This document shows, piece after piece, positions 32,475-43,188 of a stretch of DNA of 64,000 nucleotides. The notes under the pieces were generated by a model. That model searched no databases. It worked only from the letters and a program-made list of their open reading frames with translations, and was not told the origin of the DNA. Source of the stretch: an uncultured Chroococcidiopsis sp. (GTDB lineage: Bacteria; Cyanobacteriota; Cyanobacteriia; Cyanobacteriales; Chroococcidiopsidaceae); NCBI GenBank assembly GCA_964248365.1, contig CAXTYC010000009.1:1-64000 (forward strand), read 5' to 3'. Made by a program: the position numbers and the translations under genes. The stretch's first letter is position 1; each line of letters begins with the position of its first letter.

Positions 32475-33425
32475 CTAGATTCGCTGCATTCTAAACACTA
32501 GTAGCTGTGCCAGGATATTTACTATCAACGTGATGCCAAACAGAATTAAAGCGGCGTACATCAAAGCTGCCACTTGCAAGCCACTTGCTTCGGCAAACTG
32601 ATTTGCCAGCAGTGAAGGAATTGTATTTCCTGGTGCTAGAAGTGAAGGATTGATATTATTTGAATTGCCAATTACCATTGTCACAGCCATTGTTTCGCCA
32701 ATGGCGCGACCAAGTGCCAGCATTACTGCACCGACAATACCAGAGAATGCTGCTGGTACTATCACTTTGATAATAGTTTCCCAGCGTGTCGCACCTAAGC
32801 CAAAAGCTGCTTGTCGTAAAGTCGATGGCACGGAAATTAATGCATCACGGGAAATGGCTGTGACTGTGGGCAAAACCATAATTGCCAAGATAACGCCTGC
32901 TATCAGCATTGAGCGGTTAGCGGGGGGTGTGCTGAAAATAGGTAGCCAGCCAAAGTAAGCATGGAGTGGTTGAGTTAAGTGTGCTAAAACTGGACCCAAG
33001 ACGAAAATTCCCCACAAGCCATAAACGACGCTGGGAATTGCCGCTAAAAGTTCCACTAAGAAGACAAAGGCAAGTTGAATTTTTGGTGGCAGATAGTCTT
33101 CACTCAGAAATATTGCTACGCCAATTCCTACGGGTACAGCAATTAATAGAGCGATCGCAGAAGATACTACCGTGCCGTAAATCATTGGCAAAGCGCCATA
33201 TTGCTGATTAACTGGGTTCCAAGCGGTAGATACCAAGAACTTAGCACCAAAAGAGGCGATCGCAGGTGATGCCTCAATTGCTACCTCAATCGCAATCCAG
33301 ATTAAAATTCCTGCAACGGCAAGTGCAAATATCCTCGTCAGCCAAATAAATCCCTTATCTACTGCCCTTTCCCAACTCGAACGTGGCTTAATAGCAGTTT
33401 TTCTTTCTCTGGCAGGTGAACTCAT
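32475..33425 (-). CDS. pstC: Phosphate ABC transporter permease
   Basis: LLAAIPSVVYGLWG, GRAIGETMAV, LANQFAEA. Confidence 0.95.
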   Translation of the reverse strand: MSSPARERKTAIKPRSSWERAVDKGFIWLTRIFALAVAGILIWIAIEVAIEASPAIASFGAKFLVSTAWNPVNQQYGALPMIYGTVVSSAIALLIAVPVGIGVAIFLSEDYLPPKIQLAFVFLVELLAAIPSVVYGLWGIFVLGPVLAHLTQPLHAYFGWLPIFSTPPANRSMLIAGVILAIMVLPTVTAISRDALISVPSTLRQAAFGLGATRWETIIKVIVPAAFSGIVGAVMLALGRAIGETMAVTMVIGNSNNINPSLLAPGNTIPSLLANQFAEASGLQVAALMYAALILFGITLIVNILAQLLVFRMQRI

Positions 33426-33552
33426 AACTTATTATGATTAATTATCAGCTTTCTATATTCAAATGAAATAAGTCAAGTGTTAAGCGAAAGCTATTGTAGC
33501 TAAGTTTTATTCGAGCTTTGTATTTGCCTCTTGGTCGAAGGATACAAAATTA

Positions 33553-33582
33553 ACGTAAAGAAAAGGTTAAGAGAAGTCAAAA
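33553..33582 (-). promoter_or_regulatory. Putative Pho box (SphR/PhoB site) upstream of pstC
   Basis: Minus strand reads TTTTGACT-N3-CTTAACCT-N3-CTTTACGT with an 11-bp period, matching the cyanobacterial CTTAACCT repeat. Confidence 0.5.
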
Positions 33583-34033
33583 TATATAAATATATTAAAT
33601 ATTAATCACCTGAAACAACAATAATTTTATGATTGTTTGTTCGTTTCTTTAGAAAACTATTGTAATGGTAAAATTTCATCACGCCCTTTTTTGGGACTAA
33701 CGAGGCTAATTGTACCTCCAAGATAGCCTCTAACAAGTGATTAGTCACTACGGTTGAGTAGCCTAGATAGTTTGTCTTTTGTCTTTTGCCCTAGCCCTAG
33801 CAGGATCAATAGCGCCTATATCCAAAACCAATCACAAATGACTTACAGGCAATAGACTTCTTGCTTCTTCGGGTAAAGGGTAAAGGAGTCAGTAGTTTTG
33901 TAGTTTTGTAGTTTTGTAGTTCTCCCCCTCTCCCACTCTCCCTCTTCCCTACTCCCTACTCCCTCATACCTCTTTGGTAACACAAATAACTTTGCCGAAG
34001 ACCGCCCCTACAAACTCAAAAATTCTTTAAACG

Positions 34034-34615
34034 GTGACTGCTCCCAATCAATTATTATGGTCTCTGATTGGCTTACTCCTTACCATTGGTGGCACTTTTC
34101 TGGAAGCATCTGTCACCAATATGCCTACAAGTTGGAGTGAGCATGGAGTTCAGACTATACCTTTGGGCGTTACTTACCAGATTGGTGCTGTGCTGCTGGT
34201 AGGTTGTCTAGGGGGAAAAAATGCAGGGGCGCTATCCCAAATAGCGTATCTGATTCTTGGCTTAACCTTCTTGCCTATTTTTGCTCAAGGTGGTGGCATC
34301 AGCTATTTTAAGCAGCCACAATTTGGCTATTTATTAGGTTTTGTTCCTGGGGCATGGATTTGTGGCTACCTAGCATTTCAAGTGCCTCGTAAATTAGAGT
34401 ATCTTGCTTTTAGTTGTGTTTGTGGTTTGCTGACAATTCACGTTGTTGGTCTAGGCATTCTTGTGCTAAGCCAAGTTTTTCCCTGGACTAGCCCAGCCAC
34501 ACCCTTGCTACAAACTGCCCTCAAGTATTCCTTTTATCCCCTACCTGCACAACTAGCGGTAGTATGTGCTGTCACAGTATTAGCCTATGCCTGGAGACTG
34601 CTAATGTTTTATTAG
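34034..34615 (+). CDS. bioY: Biotin transporter BioY
   Basis: SQIAYLILGL..PIFAQGGG..FGYLLGF. Confidence 0.88.
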   Translation: MTAPNQLLWSLIGLLLTIGGTFLEASVTNMPTSWSEHGVQTIPLGVTYQIGAVLLVGCLGGKNAGALSQIAYLILGLTFLPIFAQGGGISYFKQPQFGYLLGFVPGAWICGYLAFQVPRKLEYLAFSCVCGLLTIHVVGLGILVLSQVFPWTSPATPLLQTALKYSFYPLPAQLAVVCAVTVLAYAWRLLMFY

Positions 34616-34779
34616 TCAATTAGCGGTTAGCTTTTAGCTTTTAGCTTTTAGCTAGTAGTAATACAATTGACACGCTCTCGGATTAAGAATACCAAAAAGT
34701 TAGAAACTATGGCTGGGCGCGAGCAGCGCACTAGCTAACAGCGTTCTCGCAACAGCTAATCGCTAATTGATAATTGATT

Positions 34780-35250
34780 ATGCGTTTGAAAAATCGTCGG
34801 TTTTGGATTGCTGCGTTTATTAGTTTTGTTTTAGACCAATTAACTAAACATTGGGTAGTACAAAACTTTAGCTTAGGAGAGACACGCCCTATATGGGCTG
34901 AAGTATTTCACCTTACATATGTCGCCAATACTGGTGCAGCTTTTAGTTTGTTTACTGGTAAGGCAGAGTGGTTACGCTGGCTGTCTTTAACAGTGAGTTT
35001 ATTGCTTATGGCATGGGCGTGGTTTGGTCCAGTGATGAATATTCTGGAACAGTTAGGCTATGGTCTAATTTTAGGAGGAGCATTAGGCAACGGTATTGAT
35101 CGATTTTTTGCTGGTAAAGTTGTCGATTTTTTGGACTTTCGGCTTATTCGTTTTCCCATCTTTAATTTTGCAGATGTATTTATTAATTTAGGGATTATCT
35201 GCTTGCTAATTGCTAGTTTCCCAAAAGCAGCATCAAATGATAGAAGATGA
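34780..35250 (+). CDS. lspA: Lipoprotein signal peptidase II
   Basis: DQLTK, NTGAAFS, GALGNGIDR, VVDF, FNFAD. Confidence 0.96.
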   Translation: MRLKNRRFWIAAFISFVLDQLTKHWVVQNFSLGETRPIWAEVFHLTYVANTGAAFSLFTGKAEWLRWLSLTVSLLLMAWAWFGPVMNILEQLGYGLILGGALGNGIDRFFAGKVVDFLDFRLIRFPIFNFADVFINLGIICLLIASFPKAASNDRR

Positions 35251-35353
35251 ATCGTACTAGGAAAAATCCCCCACTATAGCCAAGTTCGGTTAGCGAGGGA
35301 AAAAGGGGATTATTTTTTACCTAACGAGCTGTTAAATGCCCTGAATGATTTAA

Positions 35354-36115
35354 TTATTGGCTCATACCAGGTGATGCTGGAGAACCTGTAGATGGGCTAG
35401 TTGTGCTACCTGGGCTAGTGGAACTACCAGGAGTTGTGGTTGGATCAGTTGTGCTGCCTGGGGCTGTGGGAGTGCTTGGCGTAGCGGTTGGATCAGTTGT
35501 GCTACCTGGGCTAGTAGAACTACCAGGCGTAGTGCTTGGATCAGTCATGCGGCCTGGGGCTGTGGGAGTGCCTGGCATTGAGCTGGGTGCACTCATACTG
35601 CCTGGTGTACTGCCATCTGGAGACGGGGCAGGCTGTGTGCTGTCTGGAGCGCCACTAGGAGGGCTGGTTTCGTCGGTGCTGTTTGGACCTGGAACGGTTG
35701 TAGAGCCGTCCTGTCGCTGCGGAGATGTTGGAGATGTATCAATGCTACCACCCCCCGTGCTGCCTGCTGGCGGTGGCGTTGTTTCTGTGCTACCACCCCC
35801 CGTGCTGCCTGCTGGCGGTGGCGTTGTTTCTGCGCCACCAGGAGGAGTGCTACCACCTCCCGTGCTGCCACCCCCCGTGCTGCCTTCTGATGGTGGTGCG
35901 CCTGGAGTAGCAGCTGCACCTGTTAAAGGTATGCCATTAGGACAGCGAGAATTCTGCGGGAATCGCTCACATAAAACCTTCTTTCCTGCTTCTGATAGCT
36001 TGATATCCGCAGCTGTTTTGCTCTCCCCACTGGGTTTTTCTTGGGCAAAAACAGCGTTGCTAGTCAATACCAGCGCAAAGGCTGTGCCTAATAGTGTTAA
36101 ATATTTCGCTTTCAT
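35354..36115 (-). CDS. Secreted Pro/Thr/Ser/Gly-rich protein
   Basis: GAGG RBS, signal peptide ..NAVFA-Q, small LCERFPQNSRC motif, then repetitive low-complexity tail. Confidence 0.75.
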   Translation of the reverse strand: MKAKYLTLLGTAFALVLTSNAVFAQEKPSGESKTAADIKLSEAGKKVLCERFPQNSRCPNGIPLTGAAATPGAPPSEGSTGGGSTGGGSTPPGGAETTPPPAGSTGGGSTETTPPPAGSTGGGSIDTSPTSPQRQDGSTTVPGPNSTDETSPPSGAPDSTQPAPSPDGSTPGSMSAPSSMPGTPTAPGRMTDPSTTPGSSTSPGSTTDPTATPSTPTAPGSTTDPTTTPGSSTSPGSTTSPSTGSPASPGMSQ

Positions 36116-36496
36116 CCCACTCACACCTCGCTCAAAATATATGCGCCCATTAAAACAAAAGAAAGGCACTTAGAAATCTACCATAAGATAGACGTATTTT
36201 TTTAATTTTTATAATGGAAAATCCTAAGAAAGTAGTAGATTGCACAAAAACCGAGCAGAAGGGGAAAGGGGAAAGGGTAAAGGGTAAAGGGAAAGGGGAA
36301 AGGTAATTCGTAATTTCTCCCCTGCACCTGAAGCCCCTCTGCCAAATTGCCCCTCTCCCCTTGTTCGGTCAAAGGTCAAATTTTGAACAGACAGCATCTA
36401 CTTGAGCTAACAAGTAAAATGGTTCCAGATCAAAAAGCAGAATGTCCAAATAATTTTGCCTGATCAATTTTTTTAGCACTGGTGCCTGAATAGACC

Positions 36497-38761
36497 ATGA
36501 GTTCCCAGCCGCCTCGAAAACCCCAAACTTTGCTCGGTCAAGTGACCCAGGTAGTAAAAACAATTCAAGCCAAGGTGCATATACCAGGGCTGGCGCTCAA
36601 GCCAAATGCAAAAGTGCCGGAACTTTGGGTACAAGATGCAGGGGCGGATAAAGCTCAGGTCTATCCGTTACTTGGCGATCGCTATTTAATCGGTCGCAGT
36701 TCTAAATCTTGCGATATTGTCATCCGTAACCCTGTCGTTAGTCAAATTCACCTGTCCCTATCCAGGGATACTAGCCGCAGGCGATCGCCTTTTGTTCTCA
36801 AAGATGAAAACTCTACCAATGGCATCTATTGGGGTAAGCGCCGCATTGATAAGATAGAACTAACTCACGGTGATGTTTTGACACTGGGACCACCAGAACT
36901 TGCAGCTGCCGTTCGCGTAAAATATTACGATCCACCATCTAAGTATGTTAAAGCTGCTACCTGGGCAGGATACGGGCTTGGGGGAGTTAGCGCCCTGTTA
37001 GCATTAAGCATTGGTCTTGAGTGGACGAAATTCTCAGTAAAGCCCTTACCTGCTTCCACATCTGGACCTGTGATTGTTTACGCCCGTGACGGAGTAACCC
37101 TGTTACGTAAGCCCCGCAGTACAGCGCACGTTGATATGAAGCGGTTAGCAGATTATCCCCGCTATTTACCCGATGCTGTACTTGCTTCAGAAGATAGCCG
37201 CTTTTACTGGCACTTTGGAGTTGATCCGATTGGGATTTTACGAGCTATATTCGTTAATTTTCGCGGGCGTGAGTACGAGCAAGGAGCTAGTACCGTCACA
37301 CAACAAGTTGCTCGAAGTTTGTTTCGAGACTATGTAGGTACACAGGAGAATTTAGGGCGCAAATTACGAGAAGCAACCGTTGCTCTGAAGCTAGAAACGT
37401 TCTATAGCAAGGACTTTTTGTTACTAACTTACCTAAATCGTGTTTACCTGGGGGCAGATACTTACGGTTTTGAAGATGCCTCGCGGTATTACTTTGATAA
37501 GTCAGCTAAAGATTTAACTCTCTCCGAAGCTGCGACTTTGGTAGGAATTTTACCAGCTCCTAACGGGTTCAATTTCTGTGGAGATGTTCACAGTAGCCAA
37601 CGAGCGATTGAATATCGTAACCGCGTGATTAGTAGGATGCTGGCTCAAGGCAAGATTAAACCAGAAGAGGCTAACCGAGCAAGGCGATCGCAAATTCAAG
37701 TCAGTCGCCGAGTTTGTCAAGAGCAAGCCAATACGATCGCCCCCTACTTCTATAGCTACATCTTTCGGGAATTGGGGGCGATTTTGGGCAAAGATTTGGC
37801 TACAGAAGGCAACTATATCATCGAAACCCAGCTAGACCCACAAATCCAGGCAAAAGCAGAAAAAGAATTGCAAAACTCTGTCAGCTCTTCTGGTAGAACT
37901 TATCGCTTTTCCCAAGGCGCAGTCGTTACCCTTGATGCTAGTACGGGGGGAGTTATCGCCTTGACAGGTGGAACTGACTACCTTACAAGTCAGTTCAACC
38001 GTGCTACCCAAGCACAGCGACAACCAGGTTCTACGTTTAAACTTTTTACTTATACTGCTGCAATTGACCGAGGTATTTCACCTGGAAAGATTTATTCCTG
38101 TGCGCCTGTGAGTTGGCAAGGTCAAAGGTTTCGGGGTTGTGAAAGATCCAGTGGTAGTGTGGATATGGCGACTGGTTTGGCGCTGTCTGAGAATGCGATC
38201 GCTTTGCGAGTAGCTCAAGATGTGGGGCTAGATAGTGTCGTCCAGATGGCGAGGAAACTGGGAATACAATCTCCGCTTAATCCTGTACCAGGGTTAGTAT
38301 TAGGTCAAAGTGAAACCAATTTATTAGAGATGACGGGGGCTTATGCAGCCATCTCTAATGGTGGGGTGTGGAACCGTCCCCATTTAATTAGCCGCATTTT
38401 GGATAGTAGTGATTGTAGCGATCGCCAGAACCTAAAAACCTGCCGTGTGATCTACTCCTACGACAAAAGTGCAGCGGCTGGAGTGCGGGTATTGCGATCT
38501 GAGGTAGCAGACCAGTTGACAAATATGCTTCGTGGTGTTATAGAACGTGGAACTGGACGTAGTGCGGCGATCGGTATGGGGGAAGCTGGGAAAACTGGAA
38601 CGACAAACGACAATAAAGATTTGTGGTTTATTGGCTTTATTCCCAGTCGGCAAATTGTAACTGGCGTTTGGCTAGGAAACGATAATAGTACGCCTACCTC
38701 TACCAGTAGCGGTCAAGCCGCCCAGTTATGGGGAAATTATATGCGTCGGGTTGTGGAGTAG
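36497..38761 (+). CDS. FHA-domain class A penicillin-binding protein (PBP1A family)
   Basis: FHA motifs GRS..SQIH..STNG; transglycosylase EDSRF, GASTVTQQ, RKLRE; transpeptidase GSTFK, SEN, KTGT. Confidence 0.92.
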   Translation: MSSQPPRKPQTLLGQVTQVVKTIQAKVHIPGLALKPNAKVPELWVQDAGADKAQVYPLLGDRYLIGRSSKSCDIVIRNPVVSQIHLSLSRDTSRRRSPFVLKDENSTNGIYWGKRRIDKIELTHGDVLTLGPPELAAAVRVKYYDPPSKYVKAATWAGYGLGGVSALLALSIGLEWTKFSVKPLPASTSGPVIVYARDGVTLLRKPRSTAHVDMKRLADYPRYLPDAVLASEDSRFYWHFGVDPIGILRAIFVNFRGREYEQGASTVTQQVARSLFRDYVGTQENLGRKLREATVALKLETFYSKDFLLLTYLNRVYLGADTYGFEDASRYYFDKSAKDLTLSEAATLVGILPAPNGFNFCGDVHSSQRAIEYRNRVISRMLAQGKIKPEEANRARRSQIQVSRRVCQEQANTIAPYFYSYIFRELGAILGKDLATEGNYIIETQLDPQIQAKAEKELQNSVSSSGRTYRFSQGAVVTLDASTGGVIALTGGTDYLTSQFNRATQAQRQPGSTFKLFTYTAAIDRGISPGKIYSCAPVSWQGQRFRGCERSSGSVDMATGLALSENAIALRVAQDVGLDSVVQMARKLGIQSPLNPVPGLVLGQSETNLLEMTGAYAAISNGGVWNRPHLISRILDSSDCSDRQNLKTCRVIYSYDKSAAAGVRVLRSEVADQLTNMLRGVIERGTGRSAAIGMGEAGKTGTTNDNKDLWFIGFIPSRQIVTGVWLGNDNSTPTSTSSGQAAQLWGNYMRRVVE

Positions 38762-38878
38762 GCTAGGGACTAGGGGCGCGCGTGAGGATGACCCGATGGG
38801 ATGGTGAGGTGATAGGGGGGATTTCTCCCCATCTCCCCCTCTCCCTCGCCCCACTGCAAATTAAGTTGCAAGGAGCAG

Positions 38879-39094
38879 CTATTCACTTTTAGCTTGTTCC
38901 GACAAGTCACTCACTTGTTTGATTGATGCTTCAACTTTTGCCCATCCCGTCTCGTCTAAATCGGGTGGGACAATGATGACATTCGGGTTATCTTTAAAAG
39001 TTCTCCGAAAAGCCTCCCAAGCTTCTTTATCTTCTCGGTGTGCTAAGACATAAGCTCGCAACTGAGCATGATTCATAGAGTCGAATTTACTCAT
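38879..39094 (-). CDS. DUF6887-like small protein
   Basis: MSKFDSMNHAQLRAYVLAHREDKEAW resembles this cyanobacterial family; its start overlaps the upstream gene's stop. Confidence 0.7.
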   Translation of the reverse strand: MSKFDSMNHAQLRAYVLAHREDKEAWEAFRRTFKDNPNVIIVPPDLDETGWAKVEASIKQVSDLSEQAKSE

Positions 39095-39266
39095 TTTCAA
39101 AACTCCAGTTTCCGCTAGGAGGAATTACTATGACAAAGATTTCACCCGCCAAAATGGTCAAATCTTTGTATTTAGCATCGTAGCGAAATAAATGAATGTC
39201 CACGTAGCAGTTAGACAACCACTGACAAACTCGGATAGCAGCAAATGCTTGGTCGATGGTAGGAAT
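39087..39266 (-). CDS. DUF6888-like small protein (not in ORF track; ATT start or mutated start)
   Basis: IPTIDQAFAAIRVCQWLSNCYVDIHLFRYDAKYKDLTILAGEIFVIVIPPSGNWSFENE*; AAGGGG about 7 nt upstream of ATT. Confidence 0.65.
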   Translation of the reverse strand: MPTIDQAFAAIRVCQWLSNCYVDIHLFRYDAKYKDLTILAGEIFVIVIPPSGNWSFENE

Positions 39267-39364
39267 AGCTTTTCCCCTTGGTATGAGTTATTATCGAGCG
39301 ATCGCCCGATGGAGAGAGCGTCACTAGCTTGCGTTGGGCAGGTTTGTGCTTTGGTTGTGGATTT

Positions 39365-40342
39365 TCACTTCTTCGCTTCCCAAGGCTGGACTTGCAGCTG
39401 ACCATTATTGCCGAATACAACTCTAAACTGAGCCAATGGTTCTGGAGCCGTAGTAGTATTAGTAGCTGGTTTGGAAAGTAAATTTGGTAGGGGAGTTTGT
39501 CCAGATTGAGCGTTTGCTGCATCATTGAGTGCAACATAACCCTTGATTGCTCCATCTTTAGCCACGCCTACGCGGTAGATTAAATCTTGTTTTACCGCAG
39601 ATTTTGTTTTCCAAGCTTGATTTAGCTGATCGTAAAGTTTTTGATTTAAAGCGAATAGCTGGGAAGGATCGATAATTGCTGGTGCTTCCGCCAAACTTGT
39701 TGATTGAGCAGAATTAGATCTTGGTTGGGTTTGTGGGGGGCGCTGGGCTTCGGGAATTGGCGCTAAGAAAAGAGCGATCGCCGCTAATGCCAAGCTTGAT
39801 GCTCCCACTGTAGCAGGTACTGCCTGTTTTACCAATTGTTGCCCAGAACGAGTAAAGCGCTTGGAAACCGGACTCAGTTGGAGTGATAGATCTGGTAAAG
39901 TTTGGCTATCAGCAAAAAACTGATCCACCGCCTCGACTAAATCAAATAACTGCACTGTTGTCAAGTCAATCTCAGTCGGAGCTAGTGCCGCTCCCGTATT
40001 AACATCTGAGTGTTCTTGTTTTTCTGGCTGGACGGTTAATCGATGCCGATTGGCATCAATTTTATGCAATTGCACTAATCCTTGTTCGTTATTGTGTGCC
40101 TCTTGGTGAGGAACATGACTTAAGAATTCTTGAGCATAACCACTAACTGCCCCAACTAAACTTTCAAAAAAGTCCCGTCCCCCGCTTACAGGTTGCTTAG
40201 AATTAGGTAATTGACACTCTGCACTTACCAAAATCGACATTACAGGGCGCACATCTTGCAACTGGGAACCACTTATGCTTTCACTCAAACCCTCTAAGAT
40301 TAGAGTGCAATTTGGCAGCATATACTTGCGTTGGATGGTCAT
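39365..40342 (-). CDS. DUF4335 domain protein
   Basis: YxLPNCTLILEG, YAQEFLS, LTTVQLFDLVEAVDQF. Confidence 0.85.
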   Translation of the reverse strand: MTIQRKYMLPNCTLILEGLSESISGSQLQDVRPVMSILVSAECQLPNSKQPVSGGRDFFESLVGAVSGYAQEFLSHVPHQEAHNNEQGLVQLHKIDANRHRLTVQPEKQEHSDVNTGAALAPTEIDLTTVQLFDLVEAVDQFFADSQTLPDLSLQLSPVSKRFTRSGQQLVKQAVPATVGASSLALAAIALFLAPIPEAQRPPQTQPRSNSAQSTSLAEAPAIIDPSQLFALNQKLYDQLNQAWKTKSAVKQDLIYRVGVAKDGAIKGYVALNDAANAQSGQTPLPNLLSKPATNTTTAPEPLAQFRVVFGNNGQLQVQPWEAKK

Positions 40343-40965
40343 TCTACTTCACCATCAAATAAACTAATCCAGAACCGCTGCATTCCCGCCGTGCCTGTAC
40401 AAAACAGTAACTGTGCCAACAGACTAAGAGCCAATTCATCCAACTTTTCGGGGGAATTGTAAATAAGCACACCAGAACGTCGCGGATTCATACGGCTTTT
40501 GAAATGCGCTCGGAAGCGTTCTAGATAATTAGATAGAGCTAAATTCTGTTCTAGAGGAATTTGCTTTTCACTCATTTGTTGATATGTCAGTAGCAATTGC
40601 CTAATGCGGACTGTTAACCGTCGCGCTAAAAAACAGGCAATTACTACCAGTGCTTTTGCTTCCACGAGAGTTAAAGGACGACGGGTATGGGATCGCCGCA
40701 GCGGATTAGTAGTGCGTATTCGCCACAAATTCACCCGATTTTTAATTATCTCCCCAAGTTCCAGTTCCTGCGCTACCGCCAAAATTAATTCTGAACCCCC
40801 AAGTTCTAGGGCTTCGATTGCTAGTAAAATCAGGTCAATTTGCAACCTAGCTCGACGCGGACAAGCCCGTTCTTCAACGGGCGGGTTAGGTAAATTGTCC
40901 AGAATCACTGGTTGTGACCCAACGGCTGAATTGTCTAACGGTATTACGCTCACAGAGGCACTCAT
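40339..40965 (-). CDS. DUF3038 domain protein
   Basis: IDLILLAIEAL, NRVNLWRIR..NPLRR, RFWISLFDGE; overlaps the DUF4335 gene by 4 nt. Confidence 0.85.
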   Translation of the reverse strand: MSASVSVIPLDNSAVGSQPVILDNLPNPPVEERACPRRARLQIDLILLAIEALELGGSELILAVAQELELGEIIKNRVNLWRIRTTNPLRRSHTRRPLTLVEAKALVVIACFLARRLTVRIRQLLLTYQQMSEKQIPLEQNLALSNYLERFRAHFKSRMNPRRSGVLIYNSPEKLDELALSLLAQLLFCTGTAGMQRFWISLFDGEVE

Positions 40966-41457
40966 TTTAACAAGCTCGGCGGACGACGAGGAATTTGGCA
41001 AAGTAAACTTTTACTAGATTGGCAAACTAGAACACTAAATGTCTACATCTAGGATAAGAGAGCAGGGGGGCAGGGGGGCAGGGGGGCAGAATTGTTAATT
41101 TATACTTTTTGCTTTCCCTTTTCCCTTTCTCTGGTTCCATTGGTTCCACCAGCTTTCATCGCCACTTTCCTTTACCCTTTACCGCAATACCTCTTTACCC
41201 TTTACCCTTTCTTAATAATTCTCTATCAAAATTACCCAGGGTGTGTAATGATTCAAAACAATTGGGATTTCTAGTGTACGATTTTTCAGGCAAGTCTAGT
41301 TTGCCCTGCAACCAGTTGTCATATAAGTAGGTGGACATAATTAAATGTAAGATGCGCTCAAGAGCGAAAACATGGCAGTAAAAGTTTTTCTCCTTTTCCC
41401 TTTTACCTCTTCCCTTTTCCCTTCTACTTACACACAGTCATTCTTGTTCACAGCCTT

Positions 41458-41976
41458 ATGGATTTGAAGTCCCTAATTCGTGATGTCCCTGACTTTCCCA
41501 AATTGGGAATTATGTTCCGAGACATTACCACCCTCTTGCGTGATCCGGCTGGGCTGCGCTACACCATTGATTGTCTAGCCGAAAAGTTGGATGCGGCAGG
41601 ACTAAATGCAGAATGTATTGTAGGGATGGAGTCGCGGGGCTTCATTATTGGCGCACCTTTGGCTTACAAGTTAGGACTAGGGTTTATTCCTGTGCGTAAA
41701 TCAGGCAAGTTGCCCTCCTTAGTTCACGCGGTCGAGTATGAACTAGAGTACGGCATGGATCGGCTAGAAGTACATCAGGATGCTTTGCAGCCTGGAACTA
41801 AGGTCTTGATTGTAGATGACTTAATTGCCACAGGTGGAACAGCTAGCGCGACAGCGAAATTGGTGCAGCAGATTGGCTGCAAATTAGTAGGTTTTGGGTT
41901 TGTGATCGAGCTACTGGATTTGCAAGGGCGTAAAAACCTGCCAAACGTGCCAATTGTAACTTTAGTAGAATATTAG
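41458..41976 (+). CDS. apt: Adenine phosphoribosyltransferase
   Basis: [28 protein letters not shown]. Confidence 0.97.
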   Translation: MDLKSLIRDVPDFPKLGIMFRDITTLLRDPAGLRYTIDCLAEKLDAAGLNAECIVGMESRGFIIGAPLAYKLGLGFIPVRKSGKLPSLVHAVEYELEYGMDRLEVHQDALQPGTKVLIVDDLIATGGTASATAKLVQQIGCKLVGFGFVIELLDLQGRKNLPNVPIVTLVEY

Positions 41977-42051
41977 CTACTAACAATGAACAATGAACAA
42001 TAAACAATTAACAATAAACAATTGATAATTGGTAATTGATAATTGATAATT

Positions 42052-43098
42052 ATGGCTTCTAGTAGGGTTTCTTTAGCAACAGGTTGGGAGTGGCTGACGA
42101 GGTTAGTCACTAACGAAACTGTGTTTTATGTGGTCAAGCGGCTGTTGCAGGCGCTGTTGACTTTATTGTTGGCATCAGCACTGTCATTTTTTATCATTCA
42201 GTTAGCGCCTGGGAATTTTTTGGATACGCTAAGACAGAATCCGAAAATTTCGCCTGAAACAATTGAGGCATATAAGCGGCAGTTTGGTCTAGATCGATCC
42301 TGGCCAGAACAGTATGTTTTGTGGTTATGGCAAATTTTCACTCAGGGTGATTTTGGTCGTAGTTTCGTTTATCAGCGTTCTGTTTCTTCTCTATTGTGGG
42401 AGCGAATGGGGGCAACACTGCTACTTGCGATCGCTTCTTTAATTATCACATGGGCGATCGCTATTCCTCTGGGTATCATCGCTGCTGTGAAGCAAAATCA
42501 CCTAATTGACCGACTATTACAAATTATCAGCTACACCGGACAAGGATTTCCTAGCTTCATCACCGCCCTCTTATTGCTCATCTTGGCGCAAAACACTTCT
42601 CCTCTGTTTCCAGTAGGCGACATGACTAGCATTGACCACGCCGACCTAAATCCTGTGGGCAAATTTCTAGATATCGGCTGGCACATGATTTTACCAACCC
42701 TAGCTTTGAGTGTTACTAGCTTTGCTGGGTTGCAGCGTATCACAAGAGGTGAATTATTAGATGTACTACGCCAAGATTACATTCAGACAGCTCGTGCCAA
42801 AGGATTACCAGAAAACCGCGTTATCTACGTCCACGCTCTCCGTAACGCCGTTAATCCCCTCATTACCCTGCTAGGATTTGAGTTAGCTAGTTTATTAAGC
42901 GGTGCATTCATCGCTGAATTTTTCTTCAACTGGCCAGGTTTAGGGCGTTTAATTTTACAAGCTGTACTAGCCAAAGACCTCTATTTAATCATGGCAAGCC
43001 TGGTAATGGGCGCGGTAATGCTAATTATTGGCAATTTAATCGCCGACCTGCTACTCAAGGTTGTAGACCCCCGCATTCGCCTAGAAAACCTCAATTAG
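42052..43098 (+). CDS. Peptide ABC transporter permease (OppB/DppB family)
   Basis: GDFGRS, HMILP, QDYIQTARAKGL..HALRNA, DPRI. Confidence 0.92.
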   Translation: MASSRVSLATGWEWLTRLVTNETVFYVVKRLLQALLTLLLASALSFFIIQLAPGNFLDTLRQNPKISPETIEAYKRQFGLDRSWPEQYVLWLWQIFTQGDFGRSFVYQRSVSSLLWERMGATLLLAIASLIITWAIAIPLGIIAAVKQNHLIDRLLQIISYTGQGFPSFITALLLLILAQNTSPLFPVGDMTSIDHADLNPVGKFLDIGWHMILPTLALSVTSFAGLQRITRGELLDVLRQDYIQTARAKGLPENRVIYVHALRNAVNPLITLLGFELASLLSGAFIAEFFFNWPGLGRLILQAVLAKDLYLIMASLVMGAVMLIIGNLIADLLLKVVDPRIRLENLN

Positions 43099-43188
43099 GG
43101 GTTAGGGAGAGGGGGAGAGGGGGAGAGTGGGAGAGTGGGAGAATAATTAATTACGAATTACGAATTACGAATTACGAATTATTATCCT

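Noticed and set aside
32347..32475. N-terminal extension of PstA in the ORF track
   Set aside because: It is translated STRR repeat sequence; the real start is more likely 32346.
35403..36173. 256-aa plus-strand ORF
   Set aside because: Antisense shadow of a Pro/Thr-rich gene that has an RBS and signal peptide on the minus strand.
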